The notes under the pieces: generated by a model
Database searches by the model: none
What the model was told of the DNA's origin: nothing
What the model saw: the letters and a program-made list of their open reading frames with translations, nothing else
Shown: one piece after another, positions 24,045 through 37,057 of the stretch
How the letters are laid out: every line of letters begins with the position of its first letter
How positions within the stretch are numbered: position 1 is the first letter of the stretch
From: Octopus bimaculoides
Lineage: Eukaryota
Direction: 5' to 3'
Length of the DNA stretch: 64,000 nt
Assembly (NCBI RefSeq): GCF_001194135.2
Contig: NC_068984.1
Span: 114,780,286 to 114,844,285, forward strand
Translations under genes and position numbers: made by a program

Positions 24045-27000
24045 ATGAAAGGATTGAGTTTGCAGAGTCTGAAGACTCACCCATCTGTATGTATCTTGGA
24101 AACAGTTTTATCTTTGTTAACTATTTTCAGTTATTTTAATTTACCAAGGTCACTCCTCATGTTGATGATAATTTTAGCGAAGGAATATAACACTCATCTG
24201 TTTCTATCAAGAATTTTGTTTATCTCGCTATCGTTTTAGGAACATTTCCCCTTATTTTCAGAAAAAAAATCCCAATTAATATTTCCATTAATTAATAAGG
24301 TAATAAAATTAACCATCTCACCTCCTCCTTTCCCTCTGTCCTTTACTTTCCCTCTTAAAAGATGTTTTATTTTACACTTCACGCAAAGTTTTTGTTATCT
24401 TTTAAAAGTGTTATAATTTTAATTCTGATTACGAAAACGTTTTAAAATGTTGAAAGCACTCCAAGATAGCATTTTCAACATGTGTTTATGTTGCAATATT
24501 AATTGTTCTTTGTATGAATTTGTCCTAAAGTTGTTTACTTTAACCTCTTACTTCTGTGTCCTTCATGAAGGTTACTTTTGTTAAATATTTTACCTTTTAT
24601 TTTCATTAATTTATTTTGGAGATGCTAGACTGCGGTCACATCCCCTGTTGTTTGTGTGTGTGTGTGTGTTTTTTTGCTTTTTAGATTAGTGGGTGTGGAG
24701 TAAATACTAACTCTCGGTTAAGATGGGATTGGTATGTTTCCAAATTCTAACAAAAGAAAATTTATTTAAAACTAGGCAAATGAAATTAACGTATGGCTTC
24801 GATGGGAATTGCAAGATGCTACTGCTAATAATTTAACACAAGCATAGCTAAAGTCCCAATGGGTGGTTGCAAGGAAATATAAGAAAGTACAAAGTTCATC
24901 TGCAAACCAATTATTGGGTGTTGGTTACTGATGGTGGTGGTTTAACTCTAAATCAGCCATGATCACCCAGGTATATGATGAAAGAATCAAATAATACCGA
25001 TGAAAGACCCTCCAGTGTGACCAAGCCGCCGTCTTTTGAAATAACCAGAGCTATATTGTCTCATCATTCTTTTCTTTTTTGAGACGTTAGTGTGTAATTT
25101 GAGTGAGAATTTGCTGGCGGCATATCAGGTGGGCGAATTATTTATTCTCAGCTGTTTATATGTCAGATGTCACCATTCCGTGTGTGTGTTGAAGGTTAGA
25201 ATCTTTTGAAAGGTTATCAAAGATTGTAAGACCTGAGTAGAGAGGATACATGTAATGACGCAATGTTATTGAAAACATTTTCTTGTGCAAGCATTCATTC
25301 GAACTGCGAGATTATATAAGCATTTTTTAAAGAATTATTTTCGGTCTTTCGCCGATGTCAGAGACATTATAACAGTCTGCTGATGCAAGAGCATAGAAAC
25401 ATTTTTAACTTTTAAGAACACATCTCAAAGATTGAAAAACCAAGCTGATTGCGACAGCGATGATATTATGTTTTTAGATAAAAGTTTCATTGTAATTGTC
25501 TCGATAATAGCAGTACTAGCTAATTAGAAAACTAAAAATGTAAATCTTAAGAACAATGAAAAAGAATTGTTACAAACACTGACCAATTTAAGATGAATGC
25601 CTTGAATATGAGATATCCAAATCACAAATAACGAGTGTAAGTGAACTTAAATCCAAGGCCATGAGATCATCATCGTCATCGTTTAAACATCCAGTTTTCC
25701 TTCACCTGTTTGCAAGTAGTGTGATATTTCCCCATTGCCAGACATTCTTTTGCAGAATATTAGAAATGACGGTCACCATTTCTGTAACAGTGACACCTGT
25801 GTACAACTATCACTTGATGTCAAAATAAGGAGACCCTAGTACTCACACGTACATGTGTATATATATATATATATATATATTATCATCATCATCATCATCG
25901 TCGTTTAACGTCCGCTTTCCATGCTAGCATGGGTTGGACGATTTGACTGAGGACTGGTGGACCAGGAGGCGACACCAGGCTCCAATCTGATTTGGCAGAG
26001 TTTCTACAGCTGGATGCCCTTCCTAACGCCAACCACTTCGGGAGTGTAGTGGGTGCTTTTACGTGCCACTGGCATGAGGGCCAGTCAGTCGGGTACTGGC
26101 AACGGCCACACTTGAAATGGTGTATTACGTGTCACCTGCACAGGAGCCAGTCCATCGGCACTGGCAACGATCTCGCTCGAATGTCTTTTCACGTGCCACT
26201 GGCACAAGTGCCAAGAAGGCAACGTTGGTAACAATCTACAGCCACGCTCGAAATATATATACACACAAACACACACACACACACACACACGTGTGTGTGT
26301 GTATGTATGTATAACAGACTTCTTTCATTTTCTGCCAACCAAATTTACTTACATGGTTTTGGGCAGCTCAGGGCTATACTGGAAGACACTTGCCCAAAGT
26401 GCCTTCGCAGTGGCAGTGAATCTTAAACTAAGTGGTTGGGAAGCAAGCTTCTTAAACACATAACTGTGCCTATCTCTTTAGCCATTCCTGAGATATCAGC
26501 TGAAAATTGCTGGATTTTCTACAAATGAAGTGGAAAACTATTAAGTATTTTCCAAGACTATCAAGAAAGAACAAAGATGAATATTTTCATGTGTAAATAG
26601 TACATTGTTAGCATCAGAGGTAGATATGAACTTAAACTTTTGAAAGAGCTTATGTGTGGAAAATTAAATTCTCCTGTGCTAATTTTTAAAATTTTCATTG
26701 AGAGTCCTGATTTACAGATCACCTTGTGATGAAGGAAAGATGAAATAGCATCCCAACCACATAGTTCTGGGTTCAGTCCCATTGCTTGGAATCTTCTACT
26801 TTAGTCCCATTTTGACCAAAGCTTTGTAAGTGGATTTGGTAGGCGGAAACTGAAAGAAGTCTGTGATATGTTTGTGTGTGTTTTAGTGTTTATGTTTGTT
26901 CCTCACCACTGCTTGACATTTGGTGTTGGTTTGTTTACATCCCCATAACTTAGTGATTTTGCAAAAGAAACAGTAGAATAAGTACCAGGCTTTAAAAAAA

Positions 27001-30000
27001 AAAAAAAAGCACTGGGGTTGAGTTGTTTGACTAAAAGCCCTTTAAGGTGGTGCCCCTGTATGGCTGCCATCCAATGATCAAAACCACCCTTGGTTCTTTG
27101 ATACTAAATTTATCTAAATTTAAACCTATCAAAATTTCATGTGTTCCAAAATTATTTTCACTAAATTCGTCATTATTTTCAAAATTAATTGAAACAAAGG
27201 TTGTGTATTTCTACAGAAATCTGGTAACAATAGGGTTATCATCATCATCACTACTAGCATCATCATCGTTTAACATTATTTTCTGAAAAAAAAACGAAAA
27301 TTATTTTGATGTTTAATGAAATTAAGTAAACTAACATGTTAACTGAAAATTTTTCAGCTGGTACCTCTCTATGTGTTCGTTGGTGCTGGAATGGCGGGTG
27401 CCTTTTTTTACATTACAAGGTTAGCCACAAGGTCTCTTGATGTCAGGTTAGTAGTCTTTTACTTTATTTTTATTTTTTTAACACAACGCATGATTGCTAT
27501 ATTAATGTGGTTATGAGTAAAATCAGTGTGTACTCATACTGGATTCCTGGAAGCAATATTATATTAGTACAGAGAGGTTTCTCATTTTGTGTTATGTCTT
27601 GTTTTACTTCTCTTCTTTTCAACAGTAGCATGACCTTGTAAAAACACAAGATTGGATTGATAAGTAGTTTATAATAATAATCATCATCATCGTTTAATGT
27701 CCACTTACTATGCTGGTATGATACAGAGCTGAACCCGGAGCCATATATTTGGAAAGCAAGCTTCTTACAAGTGCTTTGATATGTTTAAATATATTGATAT
27801 CATATGCAGTCTCTTGAGAGCCTTTTTTCTGATTTACCAGTGATTATCCACTCTGATAGATGCTTACAGTAGTTGTAGCAAGCTGTTGTTGTGAAGCAGC
27901 TATTTTTATGAATCGGTCTCCAGGAATACAACATCTTCAGGCTGTTTTATTTAAGAAAAATATCTTAGTATTTTGGTATTAATATTTCTTTGATGTAAAA
28001 TTAGTGTTTCACTTGGTGGTACTTTCCATCACTTGCTCTCGTGGCCTGAAACCTCAACTGGTCATTAATATTGACCAAAATAAGAATGGCTCCAAATTTA
28101 ATTGAAACTCACTTTTTTTTTAATGTTTTTGACTATCCCATCACCCCACATGTTCATATATATATATTCATAAAGGCCTTTAACATATTCTGAAACAGGG
28201 TGTTGCTAATGTAGTATAATATAGTACATAGTACATAATATTGAAACACTACTTATCTCTGGAAATCCAAATCACAGTATCCTCTTTTGAGCAGTTTCTA
28301 AACATCTTAACTCTTATGACCTTTCATCATATCTAGATTAAGATTTCTCAACTACAAAAAAATTTGGCCCCTGACATATCTGGCTCTTTATATAGTTTTG
28401 AAATTCTGCACTATAGAATATTGATCCAAGTTTGGCAAAAAATTGAATACATGAAAAGGCTGTTGCTTGATAAGCAAACTTTCCATCACAAATTTTCTCT
28501 TCAGCCAACCCAGGCCATCTCAGCTTGAACATGTTATCTACTGGTACTCATTTTGTCATATTTCCTGCTCTTTATACCTTGGTCAAGCTTTCTTTAGAAT
28601 TTCATCCTTCTCTTGAAATGTAACTATTTACAGCTTCTCATCTGTTATTATTGGTGATTCAAATTTACTCATTCATCATAGATTATAATCAAATTGAAGA
28701 TATGAAAATAATCATAAATTATCTTGTTTTGTAAGTTAACATTTTCTTTCTTCTTTGTATTCTCTAAAAGCTGGACAAAGAGCACTGAACTCCCATGGAC
28801 TCAAGTGTCCCCTACACATCAGTATAAGGTAAAATCATTCTTTCTTTAACTCTGTTGGTACCAAGTTATCTGAAACCATCCTTGGACATTTTGATACAAA
28901 TCTCTTGTTTTAAAGTGATCTATAGGCGCAGGAGTGACTGTGTGGTAAGTAGCTTGCTTACCAACCACATGGTTCTGGGTTCAGTCCCACTGCGTGGCAC
29001 CTTGGGCAAGTGTCTTCTACTATAGCTTCGGGCTGACCAAAGCCTTGTGAGTGGATTTGGTAGACAGAAACTGAAAGAAGCCTGTTGTATATATGTATAT
29101 GTATGTCTGTGTTTGTCCCCCCAACATCGCTTGACAACCGATGCTGGTGTGTTTACGTCCCCATAACATAGCGGTTCAGCAAAAAGAGACCGATAGAATA
29201 AGTACTAGGCTTACAAAGAATAAGTCCTGGGGTCGATTTTGTCGACTAAAGGCGGTGCTCCAGCATGGCCGCAGTCAAATGACTGAAACAAGTAAAAGAG
29301 TAAATTAAATCCTTCCATCAAAATTTCATGTTAATTTATATTGCAAACATCAACTTAATAGTGACAAAGTTATTTTAATAATTTTTGATTATTTTAAAAA
29401 TTAAACAAAGGTGGTGTGAGTGACCATAAACATGAGAACAAAAAGTTTAACCTTTTGGTGTTCTGATTACTCTGTCAAATGTAATGCTTATTTATTCATA
29501 TTGTTTGAAATTAATCCTTCATTATCTTGTGGCTTAGAGATTTCAATGATGTAATTGCTTATTTTCAAAATAACATTGTAGGTAGGTGTGATAGGCCAGA
29601 CACAGCTGGTTTAAATGCTAAAGGGTTAATCATCAGAGACAAACTGATAGACATTTGTTTTTTCTGAGCAAAATGCTATTGTCCATCTCTGTTACTTTAG
29701 TTCTCCTAAATCTCAAGGATTGATTATCGGATTATCTGCAAATATAGCCTAGCAATCGATCTAGTGAGAAATTTCTCTCTCATCTGCTTATTAACTTAAA
29801 GTTGAAACCACACACTGGCTCTCTGAAAATTGTTTAGGAAATGCTTGTTATTTTTAACTATGCTAGAATTTAATACAAACAAAAGATTTTTGATGCTTAA
29901 TTAAATTAGTTATTTATTAACAACTAGCTGTTGCACCCGGCATTGCTTGTGTTTTGCGTGTTGAAGTTAAGCCCACCTCTGACTTTGTATTGAAATCTTC

Positions 30001-33000
30001 TACGTTCTCTGTGCCAACTATTACTCATTAAGATGTTATATCTGGTTCAGCATAGATTTTACCTGGTTAATGCTTTTGACATACTCCTACATACTGGACC
30101 ATCTGAAATCGCAGTCAAACTTTTGGGTGTAGCTTGCCCTGTTGAGAGTGATGTTTGTTTATTTCTCTCCCCTTAATGCCACCCTCTGTACAAAATTGAT
30201 CAATGTGTCCACTCTCAGCACAATCTGAAGAAAAGTGTTAAGGTTATGTCAGAAAATAGAATCCATGTGACCATTTACATGAAAATATCCCATTGACTTT
30301 TAAATCTCAATGCATTATATGAATAATTGGTGATTCATATGTCGAAGTGCTTAATTTTATTCATGGGTCAATTTTCTTCATTATTTTATTGTGAGTGAAT
30401 TTTGATGAGTTCTGCCTTTCACCAGTTTAATTTTAATTCTACCATATGACTCTGACCATAAACTTTACCTAAATGTCAAATTTCATCAAAATCTGATGAT
30501 TTCTTAAAATCCCCCATTCATGCACAATTATTGATTATTTTTTTCTAACTCTCTTCCTTCCGTGTTCTGTCACTAACCTCCTCCTTCCCAAGACACTCAT
30601 ATCCCTCCATTGATCATGCCTCCAATCTTGTTCCATTCACTGCATTCATCTCTAAGCATCTGTCACTCTCCTTTTATACTCTAAAAAAGAGCTTATCCGT
30701 CCCCGCTTCCAGATTCTTGCTATTTTCTCCTATACTCATGTACTTGTGGAGGCGCAATGGCCCAGTGGTTAGGGCAGTGGACTTGCGGTCATAGGACCGC
30801 GGTTTCGATTCCCAGACCGGGCGTTGTGAGTGTTTATTGAGCGAAAACACCTAAAGCTCCACGAGGCTCCAGCAGGGGATGGTGGCGAACCCTGCTGTAC
30901 TCTTCCACCACAACTTTCTCTCACTCTTTCTTCCTGTTTTTGTTGTGCCTGTAATTCAAATGGTCAGCCTTGTCACGCTGAATATCCCCGAGAACTCTGT
31001 TAAGGGTACACGTGTCTGTGGAGTGCTCAGCCACTTGCACGTTAATTTCACGAGCAGGCTGTTCCGTTGATCGGATCAACTGGAATCCTCGACGTCGTAA
31101 GCGACAGAGTGCCAACAACATGTACTTGTATCTTAAAAGTATGCTCTAACACTTCATCACCACCTTCATTGTCTTCTTCACAGCTATTCCCACTCACCTT
31201 ATATAATGTTGGGCAGCCATGCATCACCTTTATAACAAGACAGTTGTACCTGTCCGTCTGTCATACTTAAGCCTCTCGACACCTGGCATAAAGCCACCAC
31301 TCTTTCTACTATAACCCCACTCAGTTGAGGGGTCTTTTTCTTTGTTTAAAAGGGATAAACTTGGCCACCAATGTAAAAGCAGATCCAAATGGACTAAGTA
31401 TATAATACAATATTTTTCTTGGGTGCATTAGAAAAAGGGATTCTGGACATTTCTATTGTTCACCTTTATAATAAATATTTCTTACATAATAATTTTAGAA
31501 GTGGCAAAAAAAAGGGAAAGAAGATATTTGCTTTTCTCAAGGCTATGAGGAGAAAATATCACCATGGCTGTGTGGTAATTAGCTTGCTTACCAACCATGT
31601 GGTTCCGTGTTCAGTCCCACTGCGTGGCACCTTGGGCAAGTGTCTTCTACTATAGCCTCAGACTGACCAAAGCCTTGTGAGTGGATTTGGTAGACGGAAA
31701 CTGAAAGAAGCCTGTCGTATGTATGTATGTATATATNNNNNNNNNNNNNNNNNNNNNNNNNNNNNNNNNNNNNNNNNNNNNNNNNNNNNNNNNNNNNNNN
31801 NNNNNNNNNNNNNNNNNNNNNNNNNNNNNNNNNNNNNNNNNNNNNNNNNNNNNNNNNNNNNNNNNNNNNNNNNNNNNNNNNNNNNNNNNNNNNNNNNNNN
31901 NNNNNNNNNNNNNNNNNNNNNNNNNNNNNNNNNNNNNNNNNNNNNNNNNNNNNNNNNNNNNNNNNNNNNNNNNNNNNNNNNNNNNNNNNNNNNNNNNNNN
32001 NNNNNNNNNNNNNNNNNNNNNNNNNNNNNNNNNNNNNNNNNNNNNNNNNNNNNNNNNNNNNNNNNNNNNNNNNNNNNNNNNNNNNNNNNNNNNNNNNNNN
32101 NNNNNNNNNNNNNNNNNNNNNNNNNNNNNNNNNNNNNNNNNNNNNNNNNNNNNNNNNNNNNNNNNNNNNNNNNNNNNNNNNNNNNNNNNNNNNNNNNNNN
32201 NNNNNNNNNNNNNNNNNNNNNNNNNNNNNNNNNNNNNNNNNNNNNNNNNNNNNNNNNNNNNNNNNNNNNNNNNNNNNNNNNNNNNNNNNNNNNNNNNNNN
32301 NNNNNNNNNNNNNNNNNNNNNNNNNNNNNNNNNNNNNNNNNTATATATATATATATATATATATTTCGTTTTTGTATCTGTATGCGTGTATTAATCATAT
32401 TGGTGTAATGACTCTCTCTAGACACAAAATATACACACACACACACAGTGTGTAGAACACAAAGTGTGGTAGAGATATTGCAGAATAGGATTTAGATGGA
32501 TGAGAACTTGAAGTCCCAACTCCTTCATCCATGACTAGTGCCTCCACTGTTAAAAGTTAGATAAAAGAATGATCCTTGTTGAGCTGTTATGGAGGTAACA
32601 AGAAAGATAAACACAAATGAACCTTATGCAAATAATTACATGGAATACAAAATACAGAATAAGGAATAAAGTAAACCAAAGAGATTGTGTAATAGTCTAT
32701 TACATGACTCCATTTGTTTACTTTATTCCATGCTCTGTATATTTTATTCTATGTAGATATTCACATTAAGCCTACTTCTGTTTATCTGCCTTTCTAACCC
32801 TCTCCATATATATTCATATATTCCTGTTGACATAGATAATCTACTATCTGGCACATTGCCACTCCTTGAAATGTTTATTTGATATATGCCAAATTCATAA
32901 ACTTTCATTTCCTCTTTTATTTTTTTAATTTGTATTTTTCAGTTCTATTCACCAAATATAAAGTACAGTGAACTAAAACACCCCGAAGAACGACCAGACA

Positions 33001-33005
33001 TTTAA
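24045..33005 (+). CDS. NDUFA4: Cytochrome c oxidase subunit NDUFA4 (COXFA4), 83 aa, 4 exons
   Basis: Exons 24045-24086, 27358-27446, 28771-28828, 32943-33005 (252 nt incl. TAA), all GT-AG. Protein MKGLSLQSLKTHPS-LVPLYVFVGAGMAGAFFYITRLATRSLDVS-WTKSTELPWTQVSPTHQYK-FYSPNIKYSELKHPEERPDI. It shows the HPSLxPL motif, one TM helix, W...PW...QYKFYS and RPD of the NDUFA4 family. The 42-nt first exon matches the human c.42 splice boundary. Confidence 0.95.
28925..29303 (+). mobile_element. tRNA-derived SINE family B (CORE-like domain, internal TA/TG microsatellite)
   Basis: Head GGCGCAGGAGTG.CTGTGTGGTAAG..GGGTTCAGTCCCA, then GCACCTTGGGCAAGTG resembling the MIR/CORE motif, and tail GAAACAAGTAAAAGAGT. 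Possibly the published octopus OR1/OR2 type, not verified. Confidence 0.88.
29451..29625. mobile_element. TTAA-flanked piggyBac-like MITE, family F
   Basis: TTAA 29447-29450 ... AATGCTAAAGGG-TTAA 29626-29629. A second copy lies in the reverse orientation at about 8820-9005. Confidence 0.7.
29921..30520 (+). mobile_element. Possible second Helentron/HINE-like remnant
   Basis: ACTAGCTGTTGCACCCGGCATTGC 5' motif (similar motif at about 21096) and AAATTTCATCAAAATCTG 3' motif. Confidence 0.35.
30748..31118 (+). mobile_element. SINE family A with 11-bp TSD
   Basis: Full-length copy; TSD CATGTACTTGT at 30737-30747 and 31119-31129. Confidence 0.9.
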
Positions 33006-33120
33006 ATTAATTATGTCTTAGGACAAATGAGCAAGCAGCATTAGGAACTTTCGACAAGATCTTTGGGTTTTTTTTGTTTTTTTGCAAATCTAATTAGTTA
33101 TACAATTGTTGTACATCAAT

Positions 33121-33126
33121 AATAAA
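33121..33126 (+). terminator. Candidate polyadenylation signal of NDUFA4
   Basis: AATAAA about 115 nt after the stop codon, followed by T-rich sequence. Confidence 0.55.
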
Positions 33127-33644
33127 AGATCTTTCGTGAACCAATCCTAATATTTCTCTTTTGTTATTTTCTACAAGCATTAATTGTTGACCTTGTTAAA
33201 TGAAGGCAAAAGAAATAACAAATTTCAAGCCCACTATCTATGAATAGTTAGTGGGCTGTCCTGTGTATCACATATGAGATTCCTTGTCATCCATGCATCA
33301 TAAATGATACACATTCCTAATTTTTTTTCAACTTCCAAAGTAACAGGGGACATTTTAAAAGAAAACTTTGTTACTCAGAACATATAAAACAAGCGCTAAC
33401 TAAAAATTTCAGAACAAACTTGTAAAAGTGCTTTGGTTAGACAAAGAACCAGGACAGAGGAATTTATTAACGGTCTGGTGGGTGTGAGTGGTAGTGTCAG
33501 GCTGTTCTGTTTATGCCTGTTTTAAAACTTTTGAACTGGATAACCATGACTTTGCCAAGCTTTGTCTTTCTTTGGTTGAACACCATAAACCTATCATTGG
33601 TGTCTTATACATGCATGTATGTGTGTGTGTATATATATATTGTT

Positions 33645-34016
33645 TGTTGTTGGCACTCCGTCGCTTACGACGTCGAGGGTTCCAATTGATCCTATCAACG
33701 GAACAGCCTGCTCGTGAAATTAACATGCAAGTGGCTGAGCACTCCACAGACACGTGTACCCGTAATGTAGTTCTCGGGGATAATCAGCGTGACATGGCTG
33801 ACCCTTTGAATTACAGGCACAAGAGAAACGGAGTAAGAGTGAGAGAAAGTTGTGGTGGAAGAGTACAGCAGGGTTCGCCACCATCCCCTGCCGGAGCCTC
33901 GTGGAGCTTTAGGTGTTTTCGCTCAATAAACACTCACAACGCCCGGCCTGGGAATTGAAACCGAGATCCTACGACCACGAGTCCGCTGCCCTAACCACTG
34001 GGCCATTGCGCCTCCA
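33645..34016 (-). mobile_element. SINE family A
   Basis: Full-length reverse copy highly similar to the other family A copies. Confidence 0.9.
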
Positions 34017-34109
34017 AACATATATACACACACACACACACATACAAACACGTAATATAATTTTGAAATTACAAACGTCTAGCCACTTGAGACTTGTGAG
34101 TCCTCTCTC

Positions 34110-36200
34110 TTCATGATCCTAGCGGACAAAATGGAAAAGGCGTTGCCCTGGTAGATGGTGAGGGAGACATACTGGAACATCCACTCTTGGTTCATGGGGT
34201 TCACATTTGCTGATAGTCATCTCTGCCCTGATAGCAGTGATGTAGTGTAGGACCCAAGAACACTGCCACAGGCTTGACCACAAATGTCAGAGAGCAGCTG
34301 ATACTTTGACAATTTGCCCTTTTCAGCTTGATGAGCAGCAAAGCCTGGGCTGGTGCTAAACACCAGGTTGCTGCTCAAAAACACAGACACCAAGCCTTGG
34401 GAAAACACCAATGTGTAAATAATTGCTATTCAACTGAGTGCCGGTTGAGAGTGATGACACTATTGTGGGGCTGGGAGGCTGAGTGGAAACATGCCAGATG
34501 GTACACCTGGTTGTCTGATCAAGCTACACTGGATGGCATTATATTTGTTTTGACAGGATTGGGGGGTCTACAAAGGGGAGAAGGAAATGGATATCTGCAG
34601 GGGGTGAAGGAAGAGCTGGTTTCATGTCAGGGTCAATTGCATCTAAGGAAGTAATGATTGCACACTGAGACAAGCCATGAAGTCCTCTGCATCATAATTA
34701 ATATGCATGATCTCTGACTTGGACAAGTTGATCTGAAGGCCAATGTTCGCCAGAGTGGGAACTATCGATCAGAAATCAAGGCAGACACTTTCTGTGAACA
34801 TCTCATTGTCCGGTTACCAGATGTTGAAAGCAGCTGTGATGATCTGAGCAATGCTGTCCACCCTGAAAGCAAAGAGATGGGGGTGGGGGTCCAGTGGATC
34901 ATCCTGTTGGACGTCAGTCAAGAGGTGTATGACCTTATCTGCTATGAGGAACATGCTCAGAGACCCATATAATAGGCAAGGCAGTGGGTAGGCAGACAGG
35001 CAGGCCTAAAGCAAGTGGTCATGGTGCAGAGAGTTGAAGGTATTTTTCATGTCAAGCTTAATGAAGTGCCTAGGATCACTTGATGCTGGCTGAGTAGGAC
35101 AGTCATCAAAGAACTGTCTTGCAGTGTGGGCAGCTCCCTTGCACCTGCTGGCTGCACCAGGCTGAGTTTCTTGCCTAGTTCAGATGTGAGAGACCTGCAG
35201 GTGACCTTGGTTGCAAGCCTCCAAAAGACATTGCCCACAGCAATGAGGCATATGCCACCATCCTTCTTCATGAGAGCTTTTATGTGGATTGAAAAGATTA
35301 TGTGGCTTGGAAATAAGGGTCCAGGGTACCGTAAATAAACTCATTAGTGAGAGCCATAATTGTATGCAGCAGGTGCATCCAGCTTCGGCAGTAAGGGGAG
35401 ACATCAAATTTTTGAGATGGTTGGGTCAGAGATCATCAATGTCTCTGTTGTTAGTGGCAGGTAAGCCTTCAGAGCAGAGAGGATGTCTTTCTTGGAGGCC
35501 ATGTATTGTAACTGAGAGTTGGGTAGAGCTATGGGTCTGGTCTGCAGATGGCTCAGGATGTTTGAGCTAAAGGGTGGCCAAGACCTCCTTGATAAAATAG
35601 AGGACGGTTTATTCAGAAACTACTCTGATGGCAGCTGAGACATCACCCTCATTGTGTTTGTTTATCCACTTGTACGAATGCTTTGAGCTAGTGTCAGAGG
35701 TGGAGGACTGCAGGCTCATGAATGAATGGAGTGCAGCATGTTCAGACACACTGGACATGAGCGCCTGCTGCCTGAATGTCAAAATGTTGACCCAGATGAA
35801 AATTTTTGACAGGCCACCTTGATCAGCACCTTTATTGAGGAGGCTGATTGCAACTAGAGCAATATATAATAGTCAGTTCCAATCACTGAGTTGACCAGAG
35901 TCCAAAGCTATACCAACTGAAGATGTGTTGGCATCAACCACCAGCACTCAGGTCGCTTTCAGGATCTCAAGAAGGATGTTTCGAAGCTTCCTGAGCCAGG
36001 TGATATTGGACATTGAGCAGGCATGCTGTTTTGTTCAAGGGTGTGGTGGATGACTGCAGGTGTACAGCTGAGGGGAATAGGCAACTGCTGCATCTCTACG
36101 TCGCGTGCACATTCAAGGTCTGTCGTGTGAGGCCAACTCAGGAGAAATGATGGGAGCAACCACACCCTGAGCAGTTCACACCTCTTCTACCTGTTACAAT
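34110..36200 (-). mobile_element. Decayed CRE-clade-like (R2 group, RLE endonuclease) non-LTR retrotransposon
   Basis: Collinear remnants across frames: EGDVSAAIRVVS..LKHP, KKDGGICLIAVGNVFWRLATK, DMKNTFNSL, DVQQDDPLDP (GVQQGDPLGP), FNIW*PDN (WYLDD), IGLQINLSKSE, SPGFAAHQAEKGKLSKY and C-terminal WMFQYVSLTIYQGNAFSIL. Confidence 0.75.
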
Positions 36201-36359
36201 AAAAGGGAAGAGACAAACCTGAAAGAAAAGTTTTAGATATTCGAAATCTTGCCCCCTTTTTTCCCTTTCCTTCTCTTTTTTCTTTTACCCCGTGTTAAGC
36301 ACAATACTCGCATGGGATCTGCTTGTCCAGTGAATTTCAACTATTTTTATGTGTAAATG

Positions 36360-37057
36360 GTGAAGGCATGTGGCTTAGTGGTTAGGGTATAGGCTCATGA
36401 TCATGAGGTTGTGAGTGCAATTTCCAGTGACGCGTCGTGTCCTTGAGCAAGACACTTTATTTCACGTTGCTTCAGTCCACTCAGCTGGTAAAAATGAGTA
36501 GTACCTGTATTTCAAAGGGCCAGCCTCGTCACACTCTGTGTCACGCTGAATCCCACTGAGAACTACGTTAAGGGTACACGTGTCTGTGGATTACTCAGTC
36601 ACTTGCACGTTAATTTCACGAGTAAGCTGTTCCGTTGATCGTATCAGCTGGGACTCTCGTCGTCGTAACCGACGGAGTGCTCTTTTGTGAAGGCGCAATG
36701 GCCCAGTGGTTAGGGCAGCGGACTTGCGGTCGTAGGCTCGCGGTTTCGATCCCCAGACCGGACGTTGTGAGTGTTTATTGAGGGAAAACACTTAAAGCTC
36801 CACATGGCTCCCGCAGGAGGTGGCGGCGAACCCTGTTGTACTCTTTCACCACAACTTTCTCTCACTCTCTCTTCCTGTTTGTGTTGTACCTGTATGTCAA
36901 AGGGCTAGTGTGTCACGGTGAATCTACCCGAGAACTACAGTAAGGGTAAACATGTCTGTGGAGTGCTCAGCCACTTGCACATTAATTTCACAAGCAGGCT
37001 GTTCTGTCGATCAGATCAACTGGAACCCTCGTCATCATAACCGACGGAGTGTCACAA
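36360..37057 (+). mobile_element. Tandem SINE dimer: family A' (different head, family A tail) followed directly by family A
   Basis: 36360-36682 has a distinct tRNA-like head with GTGTCCTTGAGCAAGACACTTT and then the family A 3' part; 36687-37057 is a family A copy. Confidence 0.8.

Noticed and set aside
30748-30825. tRNA-like sequences at SINE heads
   Set aside because: A and B boxes are present, but each continues into a SINE body with TSDs and lacks a complete cloverleaf; no real tRNA gene is supported.
30540-31330. Possible decayed RTE RT around the SINE A insertion
   Set aside because: Only weak remnants (GFMPG, MLR); too degenerate to list as a feature.
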